41,135 nucleotides of DNA, taken from assembly GCA_965368605.1 (NCBI GenBank), contig CBDUNP010000001.1:1-41135 (forward strand), read 5' to 3'. Position numbers and translations under genes: made by a program. The stretch's first letter is position 1; each line of letters starts with the position of its first letter. Below, one piece after another: positions 1-7,444 of the stretch. The notes below the pieces were generated by a model. It was not told the origin of the DNA. It did no database searches and saw only the letters and a list, made by a program, of their open reading frames with translations. This DNA comes from an uncultured bacterium (GTDB lineage Bacteria > Planctomycetota > Phycisphaerae > Phycisphaerales > Phycisphaeraceae).

Positions 1-280
1 ACCCCCCCGCGATCGCGGGCACAATCGAGACCTCGTCGCCCGCCTTCAACGGCGTCTGGAGGTTTTCCATGAAGCGGATGTCTTCATCGTTCACATAAAT
101 ATTGATGAAGCGGTTGATCTCGTTCTCGCTCTTGTAGAGCCGCTTGCCGAACTCGGGATAATCCCCGTTCAGCGAGCTGAGCACGTCGCCCACGGTTGCG
201 CCGGCCACGTCCAGCGACTCCTGGTCACCGACCTGGGGGCGAAGCGCGGTAGGGATTCTTACGGTCACGGTGTCTGCCAT
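1..280 (-). CDS. MoaD/ThiS-family small sulfur-carrier protein (CysO/MetO-like), 93 aa ending ...VPAIAGG; the stop codon lies just outside the window
   Basis: Hand translation from the ATG (complement of 278-280) gives MADTVTVRIPTALRPQVGDQESLDVAGATVGDVLSSLNGDYPEFGKRLYKSENEINRFINIYVNDEDIRFMENLQTPLKAGDEVSIVPAIAGG. The size is right for a beta-grasp carrier and the C-terminus is Gly-Gly. Base 1 is the T of the next codon, probably the stop. The gene starts 37 nt downstream of the ThrC-like gene. Confidence 0.8.
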   Translation of the reverse strand, partial: MADTVTVRIPTALRPQVGDQESLDVAGATVGDVLSSLNGDYPEFGKRLYKSENEINRFINIYVNDEDIRFMENLQTPLKAGDEVSIVPAIAGG

Positions 281-317
281 GTCTGTCTCTCTTAATAATC
301 GTGTCTGAAATAAATAA

Positions 318-1586
318 TCAGGCGGTCGTCGCCGGGGATTGGCTGGGGTGGTTCTCTTCCATCTGCTTGACCAGCTCGTCGAACTCGCTCATCTTCGCGT
401 TGATCGTCGGGTTGGCGGCGAACTGGCCTTCCATGACCTCGACGGTCTTCAGCCCGTTGCCCGTGATGCAGACGCAGATCGACTCGTCACGCGGGATACG
501 CCCGGACTCGATCAGCTTGATCGCGCAGGCCAGGGTCGTCCCGCCCGCCGGCTCGGTGAAGATGCCCTGGGTCCGGCCCAGCAGCTTCACCGCGTCGAGG
601 ATCTCCTGATCGCTGGCCGACTCGCCGAACCCGCCGGACTCCTTGATGACCTTAATGACGTAGTACCCGTCGGCCGGGTTGCCAATCGCGATGCTCTTGG
701 CGATCGTGTTGGGCTTCTGCGGGTGGAACAGCTCCTGCCCCTCACGCAGCGCGGTCACGACCGGGTTGCAGCCATCCGCCTGAGCGCCGTAGATCTTCGG
801 CTTGTTGTCATCGACGATGCCCAGCGTGATGAACTCCTGGTACGCCTTCCAGATCTTCGGCAGGATCGTCCCGCCGGCGACCGGGGAGACCGTGTGCTTT
901 GGCAACTGCCAGCCCATCTGCTCGGCGATCTCAAACCCGTGGGTCTTCGCGCCCTCGGTGTAGTACGGCCGAAGGTTCACGTTCACGATCGCCCAGTTGT
1001 ACTTATCCGCGATCTGCGAACACAGGCGGTTCACGTCGTCGTAGTTGCCCTTGATCTTGAACATCCGTGGGCCGAAGGTGAGCGTCGCAACGATCTTGCC
1101 CTCTTCCAGGTCGTGCGGGATCATCACGCAGGCCCGCAGCCCCGCCGCCGCCGCGTGAGCCGCCACGCTGTGCGCCAGGTTCCCGGTCGACGCACACCCG
1201 ACCGTGTCGAAATCAAACTCGACCGCCTTGGTCAGCGCCACCGACACCACACGATCCTTGTAGGAATACGACGGGTAGTTCGCGCTGTCGTCCTTGATAT
1301 AGAGTTCTTTAACGCCAAGCTCCGCCGCCAGGCGGTCCGCCTTGATCAACGGCGTAAACCCCGAGTTCAGACCGGCCTTGGGCTCGCCCTCGATCGGCAG
1401 CAGGTCCTTGTACCGCCACAGCGACCGCGGCCCCGCCTCGATCGATTCGCGGGTGACCTTGCCCTTCATCGCCTCGTAGTCGTACGCGACCTCCAGAGGC
1501 CCGAAGTCGTTGTCACAGACCGTCAGCGGCTTCAGCGCGTAGTCTGCCTGACACTCTTTACACTGCAATGATTTCACATAGCTCAT
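318..1586 (-). CDS. Threonine-synthase-family PLP enzyme (ThrC-like, 422 aa); candidate MetM-type homocysteine-forming enzyme rather than a true threonine synthase
   Basis: The ORF-track protein from MSYVKSLQCKECQADY... has an N-terminal Cys-rich ribbon and a PLP-lysine motif, SYSYKDR. The fold-type II core includes GCASTGNLAHSVAAHAAAAG and SIAIGNPADG. The start is set at the ATG at 1584-1586 because the longer track ORF (to 1808) runs through the riboswitch and terminator. Confidence 0.85.
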   Translation of the reverse strand: MSYVKSLQCKECQADYALKPLTVCDNDFGPLEVAYDYEAMKGKVTRESIEAGPRSLWRYKDLLPIEGEPKAGLNSGFTPLIKADRLAAELGVKELYIKDDSANYPSYSYKDRVVSVALTKAVEFDFDTVGCASTGNLAHSVAAHAAAAGLRACVMIPHDLEEGKIVATLTFGPRMFKIKGNYDDVNRLCSQIADKYNWAIVNVNLRPYYTEGAKTHGFEIAEQMGWQLPKHTVSPVAGGTILPKIWKAYQEFITLGIVDDNKPKIYGAQADGCNPVVTALREGQELFHPQKPNTIAKSIAIGNPADGYYVIKVIKESGGFGESASDQEILDAVKLLGRTQGIFTEPAGGTTLACAIKLIESGRIPRDESICVCITGNGLKTVEVMEGQFAANPTINAKMSEFDELVKQMEENHPSQSPATTA

Positions 1587-1640
1587 GGCGGCTCTCACTT
1601 CTCGTACTCGTTTATCCTCAGGCCCGACCCGATCCGACCC

Positions 1641-1676
1641 AACAAAAAACCCCTTCTCATCACAGATAAGAAGGGG
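1641..1676 (-). terminator. Intrinsic terminator forming the expression platform of the SAM-I riboswitch
   Basis: The minus-strand RNA is CCCCUUCUUAUC-UGU-GAUGAGAAGGGG, a 12-bp stem with one G-U pair, followed by UUUUUUGUU. The 5' arm (CUUCUUAUC) can alternatively pair with the aptamer P1 3' strand GAUAAGAG, which would act as the antiterminator. Confidence 0.85.
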
Positions 1677-1703
1677 CAGTGCTTTACGGGGTAAAGGGTC
1701 GCC

Positions 1704-1822
1704 GCCTCTTATCTTCCCCGGCTCATTGACCGGGCGGGACTTCGCACCTGCCCCCGGCTTTCGCCGAGACGGTTGCGGTGGCTTCACAGGGCCCATTCCC
1801 TCTGCCACTCTGGATAAGACGC
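1704..1822 (-). promoter_or_regulatory. SAM-I (S-box) riboswitch aptamer
   Basis: The minus-strand RNA reads GUCUUAUCCAGAGUGGCAGAGGGAAUGGCCCUGUGAAGCCACCGCAACCGUCUCGGCGAAAGCCGGGGGCAGGUGCGAAGUCCCGCCCGGUCAAUGAGCCGGGGAAGAUAAGAG. This reproduces the conserved S-box core: P1 CUUAUC/GAUAAG, AGAG-GGCAGAGGGA, GGCCC, GCAACC and GGUGC-AA-UCC. It is close to the B. subtilis yitJ element as I remember it. Confidence 0.9.
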
Positions 1823-1841
1823 TTGGATTTTGTAGCCCGGT

Positions 1842-1870
1842 AGTCTAGCCGGGGACCCGTATCAGGTCAA
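1842..1870 (-). promoter_or_regulatory. Candidate sigma70-type promoter for the riboswitch operon
   Basis: The minus strand reads TTGACC-N17-TAGACT, about 20 nt upstream of the aptamer and 3 nt after the stop of the preceding gene. It overlaps a CCCGG/CCGGG hairpin, so the assignment is tentative. Confidence 0.35.
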
Positions 1871-1873
1871 GAA

Positions 1874-3562
1874 TCACCGCTCACGACGCCTCAGAAGCCC
1901 TGCCACACCCAACACGAGCATGCCGCCCGCCGCGGGCTCGGGGACGAGGCTGCTCAGGTCGCCGTGCGGGTTGTAGGCCACGGTGTCGATCCAGACCGTG
2001 CCCTCCCAGTTGGTCCCGCCGGACGTCGCCGGGGCCGAGCTGAAGTACAGGGCATCGATAAAGGCGTTGGGCCCACCGATCGAGCCGCTGCCGCCGGAGA
2101 AGTTGTTCCACATCGTGTTGTTGGACAGGTCCCATTCGTAGAGGTGCCACTCGCCGTCGGCGATGACCTGCTGAAAGTTTGCCCGCTCCAGGCCGGTCTG
2201 CACGGTCGTGCCGTCGTCCAGCAGGATCGACGCATACAGCGGGTCGTTGCCCGGCTCCATCCTCAGGAAAAACCCGACGTGCCCCTGGGCCCCCATCGCC
2301 TTATCGCCGTCGTGCAGGTTGTTGCTGGGGCTGGCACCGCCGGAAAGAAACCGCAGCTGCATCCGTGCGGGCGACGCATCCGTATTCTCGATATCCAGAC
2401 GAAGCGACGACGTGCCCGCCTGGGCGAACTGGGTGTCCAACGCCGTAGCTGACCCCGCCGCCACGTTGCGCGACGACCCCGACGCATTCGGGGCCGACCC
2501 GAATCGGCCCTTGGTCCCCTCGAAGTCATCGAAGACCGTCAACGCCGTAAGCACCGGCTGCGCATCGGGCGCGGGCGGACGAGCGGGCTGGGGCAGCGGG
2601 TCATAACTGGGGTTGGGCGTCGCAAACACCGCGAAGTTGTTGGCGACCAGCCGCTCATTCCCCGGTGCCTGCGGCGTCGCGAAGTCGCTTGGGCTGTTGA
2701 CCAGCCTAGCGTTCTGGATGCCGTTGTTGCTGTCGTCCATCACCATGGTCGTCGAGCCGCCGCCGTCCACGTTGATCGCGTCCTTGGCGTTGAAGTGGTT
2801 GATCAGCAGGTCCGCCATCTCATCGGTACGCATACCTTCGGAGTAGGTGTTCTGTCGGCCGTCCACGGTCATCAGCAGGACGTGGCCGTCGAACGTCACG
2901 CCGATCGCCGTGTGTGGGTTCAGCGTGGTCGTGTAGCTGCCGCCGGGCGTGGTGTTCACGCCGTTGGTGATCAGGCGCTGGTTGCCGCCGATGGCGTTGA
3001 ACAATGGCACGCCCTGATCTGTATTGAACGTCCCCCCGCCGGCCGAGGTCAACACACTGGCGACCTTGCCAGCCGACACATTAAAGATCGACTCGTTGCC
3101 GTTGTTGCTCGGCGAATACCCGACGCCGCCGGACACGCCGGTGTGCACCACGTCGGTATAGAAGTTCCCGCCGGAAGGTGTGTAGGGCGGGGACGTGTCG
3201 TAGAAGTCGGCGTTGATCCCGATCTGCGCCCCGACGTTGTTAACGAAGCCGCGCGTCGTGGTCCGCGTCACCTCGCCGGGGTCCGCGCCGTTGCCCGGCT
3301 GCATCAGGAAGTCCACGCCCGGGGCCGTCGGATCGATCTCCATGATATTGATGACCACCGGCCGAGGCAGGTCAAACAACCCGCCGCCCAGGGTCGACCC
3401 GTCCTCCGCTTCGATGATCTGGTAATGCGTCACCCCGACAAACGGGTCCGCGGTATTGATCACCGCAGCCGACGCACTGATGACATGAACAAAAACCAAC
3501 GCCACAGCAAGCACCCACCGGCGGGAGAAACCGGCATGGCCCAAACCACAGAAAGACCTCAT
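1874..3562 (-). CDS. Secreted phosphodiester glycosidase (DUF2233/NAGPA-like) with a CBM-like middle domain and a C-terminal PEP-CTERM sorting signal
   Basis: The signal peptide is MRSFCGLGHAGFSRRWVLAVALVFVHVISASAA. The DUF2233-type core is NPHTAIGVTFDGHVLLMTVDGRQ...INVDGGGSTTMVM. The C-terminus is VPEPAAGGMLVLGVAGLLRRRER: a PEP motif, a TM helix and an Arg cluster. A GGAGG Shine-Dalgarno sequence sits 7 nt before the ATG. Confidence 0.75.
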   Translation of the reverse strand: MRSFCGLGHAGFSRRWVLAVALVFVHVISASAAVINTADPFVGVTHYQIIEAEDGSTLGGGLFDLPRPVVINIMEIDPTAPGVDFLMQPGNGADPGEVTRTTTRGFVNNVGAQIGINADFYDTSPPYTPSGGNFYTDVVHTGVSGGVGYSPSNNGNESIFNVSAGKVASVLTSAGGGTFNTDQGVPLFNAIGGNQRLITNGVNTTPGGSYTTTLNPHTAIGVTFDGHVLLMTVDGRQNTYSEGMRTDEMADLLINHFNAKDAINVDGGGSTTMVMDDSNNGIQNARLVNSPSDFATPQAPGNERLVANNFAVFATPNPSYDPLPQPARPPAPDAQPVLTALTVFDDFEGTKGRFGSAPNASGSSRNVAAGSATALDTQFAQAGTSSLRLDIENTDASPARMQLRFLSGGASPSNNLHDGDKAMGAQGHVGFFLRMEPGNDPLYASILLDDGTTVQTGLERANFQQVIADGEWHLYEWDLSNNTMWNNFSGGSGSIGGPNAFIDALYFSSAPATSGGTNWEGTVWIDTVAYNPHGDLSSLVPEPAAGGMLVLGVAGLLRRRER

Positions 3563-3648
3563 GGAGAACCTCCAGAAACAAAAATAAGATTGAGGCCGTG
3601 GGGAGTCACGACCAAGCGGGCCGGGAACAGGGAGAAGCCCGAACCCTA

Positions 3649-3676
3649 ATTATATAACTGAAAGTTGTAACTACAA
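3649..3676 (-). promoter_or_regulatory. Candidate promoter of the PEP-CTERM gene
   Basis: The minus strand reads TTGTAG-N16-TATAAT, a perfect -10 hexamer, in a locally AT-rich stretch about 85 nt upstream of the ATG. Confidence 0.4.
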
Positions 3677-3720
3677 GGTTTTTCCGGGGTTCATCAAAAA
3701 GCTATCCGGGCATACCGAAT

Positions 3721-3752
3721 AAAAAAAACGCCCCACCAATCTGGCGGGGCGT
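3721..3752 (-). terminator. Rho-independent terminator after rpsG
   Basis: The minus strand reads CGCCCCGCC-AGAU-UGGUGGGGCG followed by UUUUUUUU, about 28 nt after the rpsG stop. Confidence 0.85.
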
Positions 3753-3779
3753 TTGTGGTTTCGTAGGTTGCTTCGCTGA

Positions 3780-4256
3780 TTACCAGGCGAAGTGGGCGAA
3801 CGCCTTGTTCGCCGCGGCCATGCGGTGGACCTGGTCGCGGGTGTTCATGGCCTTGCCTTCCTTGCGGGAGGCGTCATAAAGCTCGCGGGCCAGACGCAGG
3901 TGCATCGGCTTGCCGGACTCGGCCCGGGCGGCGTTGATGATCCAGCGGAAGGTCAGGCTCTGCTGACGGCGACGGCTGACCTGCATGGGCACCTGGTAGT
4001 TCGTACCGCCGACACGCTTGGACCGGACCTCGACCTCGGGCCGAACGTTGGCGATCGCTTCGCGGAAGACTTCGATACCGGTGGGCTCGCCCTTGGTCCG
4101 CTTTTCGATCTCGTCGAGTGCGGCGTAGACGACGCGCTGGGCGACCGCCTTCTTGCCGTCACGCATGACGCAGTTGATGAAACGGGACAGGACCTTGTCG
4201 CCGTAGCGCGGGTCCGGTTTGAGCTGCTGTTCTGCTTTGGTGATTCTGCTGCCCAT
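3780..4256 (-). CDS. rpsG: 30S ribosomal protein S7
   Basis: Contains KPDPRYGDKVLSRFINCVMRDGKK...VEVRSKRVGGTNYQVP...ANKAFAHFAW, which are canonical S7 motifs, and has the expected length. Confidence 0.97.
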   Translation of the reverse strand: MGSRITKAEQQLKPDPRYGDKVLSRFINCVMRDGKKAVAQRVVYAALDEIEKRTKGEPTGIEVFREAIANVRPEVEVRSKRVGGTNYQVPMQVSRRRQQSLTFRWIINAARAESGKPMHLRLARELYDASRKEGKAMNTRDQVHRMAAANKAFAHFAW

Positions 4257-4422
4257 CGGGCATTCCTTTCCGCCGGCTCGTCAGGGGGAGAGCACGCTGC
4301 TTCCAATCCCTTCGTTCACCGCCTGGGTCAAAAAGACTCAAACGATTACTTGCCGATCAATGATGAAACTAAAACATTCCGCAAGCTCTTAGCAAAGAGC
4401 GAACGGCTAAAAAGCTAATGGC

Positions 4423-4800
4423 TTACTTACCCTTGGACTTCTTCACGCCGTACTTCGACCGGCCGCGGTTACGGCCCTCGACGCCCAGGCAGTCCAGCGA
4501 GCCACGCACAACGTGGTAACGCACACCAGGAAGGTCACGCACACGCCCGCCACGGACCAGCACGATGCTGTGTTCCTGGAGGTTGTGGCCCTCGCCGCCG
4601 ATGTAGGCCGAGATCTCTTTGCCGTTGGAAAGACGCACACGGCAGACCTTACGAAGAGCCGAGTTCGGCTTCTTGGGGGTCACGGTCTTGACCTGCAGAC
4701 ACACGCCACGACGCTGAGGACAGGCATCAAGGTCCTTGACCTTGGACTTGGCCTTAGGCGTGCGACGGGGCTTGCGGACGAGCTGATTAATCGTTGGCAT
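4423..4800 (-). CDS. rpsL: 30S ribosomal protein S12
   Basis: Contains [13 protein letters not shown]...[20 protein letters not shown]...[13 protein letters not shown]. The start is set at the internal ATG (4798-4800), which matches the conserved MPTINQL N-terminus. Confidence 0.97.
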   Translation of the reverse strand: MPTINQLVRKPRRTPKAKSKVKDLDACPQRRGVCLQVKTVTPKKPNSALRKVCRVRLSNGKEISAYIGGEGHNLQEHSIVLVRGGRVRDLPGVRYHVVRGSLDCLGVEGRNRGRSKYGVKKSKGK

Positions 4801-4857
4801 ATCTAACCGTTCCGAATCCGGGGTTTGATCCAATATCTGTTACATATCGAGTCGGGC

Positions 4858-4887
4858 AGTATAGGCTGATTCGGCGGGTGGTTGCAA
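4858..4887 (-). promoter_or_regulatory. Candidate promoter of rpsL-rpsG
   Basis: The minus strand reads TTGCAA-N18-TATACT, about 55 nt upstream of the rpsL ATG. Confidence 0.4.
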
Positions 4888-4955
4888 ATCCACAGGCTTC
4901 TGCCCCACCCCCATGCCGCCCGCCCCCGCCAGCGGGGCCCCACCCGTATCCCCTG

Positions 4956-6197
4956 TCATTCACTGGGTTTGGACGCAAAAGCCCCCGCCGCATCCCGCAA
5001 AACGCCCTCCAGCAGGTCCACGTGGGCCTCCATAGAAAGCGCCCCGACAAGCCCGGAAGCGGCCTGGGAGCACTTTTTTCGCTCCACCGGGTCGGCCAAA
5101 GCCTCCATCGCGTCGGCCAGGGCCTTGGCGTCTGACGGGTCCGGGATCACCCGCCCCCGCGCCCCGGAAGCCCCGCCCCCGGATACTTCCCCCGATGCCC
5201 CGTCCCCGCCCGGCTCGATCATCTCACTGGCCCCGTTGTAGGCCGTGCTGATCGCGGGCACCCCCATCATCAGCGACTCGATCACCACCTTGCTCGCCGG
5301 GTCGTAGAACGTCGGGTGCACCGTCACGTCCGCCGCGGCGTACAACGCCTCGATCTGTTTGGTGTGCCTGACAAACCGAACCCGGTCGCGCACGCCCAGA
5401 CGGGCTGCATATTTGTTGTGCCCGTGCCAGAAGTCTCCCGCCAGGAGCACCACCGCCGGGACGCCGCGCTCCTTGAGCAATGCCGTCGCCTTCATTAAGG
5501 GCTCAAACCCCTTGAGCCTGGGGTTGATCGCAGCAAAGAGAAACACCGGCACGTCGTCCGCGATATCAAACCCATCACGCACACGCGCCCGCCACTCGCT
5601 TCGCTGCTTGGCGTCCACCTTCGGCATCACCGCCGCGTTCGGGATCAACGCGACCTTCTCCTCAGGCAACTGATAATGCGTCTTTAGCTGCCGGGTCACA
5701 TACCCACTCAACGCGGCGACCTTAAACAACCGCTCATCCGAAAACGCCTGCTTCTCAAAGTGCAGCAACAACTGCTGCTTGGGGTTCAACCACACGCTTA
5801 CCTTTTTAGTCAGCTGTGCCGCAAGCGTCGGCCGCATCGCGATGTTGCGATCGAGTGTCTCCCGCACCGTCCCGCCACGCGGCTGCAACACCGCCGCCGG
5901 CACCGCCGTGGTCATCGACAGACTCACGTCAAACCCACCACCGGAACTCTCGCCCCCTTCGGCGAGTTGGGCTTTAGCCCAACGGTTAAATAGAAACAAT
6001 CGCCACGCCGAAGACTTCTTCCGTTTCGTCATCGCCCGGATCGTCACCCCCGGCAGGCATGTCGTGTCTCGGCAGCCCCCCGCCAGCAGCGTCACCGCGT
6101 GCCCCCGCTTGGCCAGCTCCTGCGCGATCTGCGCGGTCGAACGCTCAAGCCCCCCCGCATACGGGTCATAGCTCTCGATCACGATCGCGATCTTCAT
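4956..6197 (-). CDS. GT4-family glycosyltransferase (glycosyl transferases group 1), probably LPS core or surface glycan
   Basis: Contains MKIAIVIESYDPYAGGLERSTAQIAQELAKRGHAVTLL and the C-terminal EPASKVVIESLMMGVPAISTAYNGASEMI (GT-B E-x7-E region). A GTG at 6222-6224 overlapping the upstream stop (GTGA) is an alternative start. Confidence 0.8.
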   Translation of the reverse strand: MKIAIVIESYDPYAGGLERSTAQIAQELAKRGHAVTLLAGGCRDTTCLPGVTIRAMTKRKKSSAWRLFLFNRWAKAQLAEGGESSGGGFDVSLSMTTAVPAAVLQPRGGTVRETLDRNIAMRPTLAAQLTKKVSVWLNPKQQLLLHFEKQAFSDERLFKVAALSGYVTRQLKTHYQLPEEKVALIPNAAVMPKVDAKQRSEWRARVRDGFDIADDVPVFLFAAINPRLKGFEPLMKATALLKERGVPAVVLLAGDFWHGHNKYAARLGVRDRVRFVRHTKQIEALYAAADVTVHPTFYDPASKVVIESLMMGVPAISTAYNGASEMIEPGGDGASGEVSGGGASGARGRVIPDPSDAKALADAMEALADPVERKKCSQAASGLVGALSMEAHVDLLEGVLRDAAGAFASKPSE

Positions 6198-6220
6198 GGG
6201 TGTCTGCCGATCGGGTCCGC

Positions 6221-7309
6221 TCACGCACCCGCCCCCACGCCGTGTATCAAGTCATTCACCTGCGTCATCACCATCCCCGAGTCGATCCGCGTCATACAGC
6301 GGTGGTCCAGCGGGCACTTCTTCTTCTGGCAGGGGCCGCAGAACACCTTCACCATCACCTGCCGTTCGACCTCGCACCCGATCGTGGTCCAAGCCGGGTC
6401 CGTCGGGCCGAAGATCGTCACCACCGGCGTCCCCAGCGCCGCCGCCACGTGCCTGGGCCCGGTGTCGTTGGTCACCATCACCGACGCACGCTTCACGACG
6501 CTCTTGAGCAGGCTCAAAGGCATCCCCGCCGCGGACAGGTCAAACACCGGCGTCTTCGCCGCCTTCAAGACCTCATCCAGGATCGCACGCTCCTTGGGCG
6601 AGCCGTTCACCGCCACGAACGCATCGAGCTCATCAGCGCACCGGTCCGCGATCTCCGCGTAACGATCGGGGTACCACATCTTCGCATCCCCATAGTTCGC
6701 CCCCGGGTTCAACAGCACGAACCGTCGGCCGCTGTCGGGATCGAACCCGCCGGTGCGTAACAACGCGTCCGCCTGCTCATCGTGCTCCGGCCGGGTAAAT
6801 AGCTGCATCGCCGGGTCCGGGGCCGTGCTGCCCAGGTACCGCGCCAGCCCCAGGTAGTAATCCCGCGTCGGCACGGGGACGTAGCCCTCAAGCGTGCGCC
6901 TCGCCAGCAGCCGATCCGTCAGCAAGACCCCCCGCCCGTCCCGGTCGTACCCGACCCGGTGCGGGATCTTCGCCATCGCCGTGACCAGCGCGCTGCGGAA
7001 ACTGTTCGGCAAAATCACCGCTGTATCGAACTCCCCCGCCGCCAGCCTCGCCGCCAGCCGGATCGGCCCGCCGCGTCGGCCGTCGGACTTGCCCTTGCGC
7101 TTGCTCCGCACGGTGATCGTCCGGTTCACCCAGGGGTTCGCGTCCACGATCGGCCGAACCGCCGCACCGATCAACGCCGTGATGTGCGCCTCGGGATACA
7201 GCCCACGCAACGCGCGCAGCGTCGGCATCGCCATCACACAATCGCCCAGCCAGGTCGGCATCACCACCAGCAGCCGGCGGGCTTGAATTACAGGAACTAT
7301 CTGAGACAT
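6221..7309 (-). CDS. GT9 ADP-heptose:LPS heptosyltransferase (WaaF/WaaC type)
   Basis: Contains VVMPTWLGDCVMAMPTLRAL, NPGANYGDAKMWYPDRYAEIA and TNDTGPRHVAAALGTPVVTIFGPTDP, the typical GT9 heptosyltransferase motifs. Confidence 0.85.
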   Translation of the reverse strand: MSQIVPVIQARRLLVVMPTWLGDCVMAMPTLRALRGLYPEAHITALIGAAVRPIVDANPWVNRTITVRSKRKGKSDGRRGGPIRLAARLAAGEFDTAVILPNSFRSALVTAMAKIPHRVGYDRDGRGVLLTDRLLARRTLEGYVPVPTRDYYLGLARYLGSTAPDPAMQLFTRPEHDEQADALLRTGGFDPDSGRRFVLLNPGANYGDAKMWYPDRYAEIADRCADELDAFVAVNGSPKERAILDEVLKAAKTPVFDLSAAGMPLSLLKSVVKRASVMVTNDTGPRHVAAALGTPVVTIFGPTDPAWTTIGCEVERQVMVKVFCGPCQKKKCPLDHRCMTRIDSGMVMTQVNDLIHGVGAGA

Positions 7310-7444
7310 CCACGAAAGTATAACAATCCCCGCGACCCGCCCCCTATCCCAGACGTATGCGTAGATTGCCCCAATCCCGGCGGGATGCTCCGGGGAAGAT
7401 TCCGAAGGAAAGTTTCCGGGGGTCGGGCGTAACTTCCGGGGGGG

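Noticed and set aside
339-1571. 410-aa plus-strand ORF antisense to the ThrC-like gene
   Set aside because: This is a typical high-GC shadow ORF. The sequence is Arg/Leu/Val/Asp-rich and repetitive with no recognisable domain, and it is fully overlapped by a well-supported gene on the other strand.
1587-1808. N-terminal 74-aa extension of the ThrC-like ORF in the track (318..1808, MAEGMGPVKPPQPSRRKPG...)
   Set aside because: This stretch is occupied by the SAM-I aptamer and its intrinsic terminator, and the conserved ThrC N-terminus begins at MSYVKSLQCKEC. The longest-ORF call is therefore an artefact, and the start was moved to 1586.
1835-1856. tRNA-like look of GCCCGGTAGTCTAGCCGGGG
   Set aside because: It is only a single CCCGG/CCGGG hairpin. 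It has no T-loop (GGTTCGAATCC-type), no acceptor stem and no anticodon arm, and no tRNA can be folded from the flanks.
6197-6224. GTG start at 6222-6224 for the GT4 gene, overlapping the upstream stop (GTGA)
   Set aside because: This is not excluded, but the ATG at 6195-6197 gives the family-typical MKIAIV N-terminus. I kept the ATG call and note the ambiguity.
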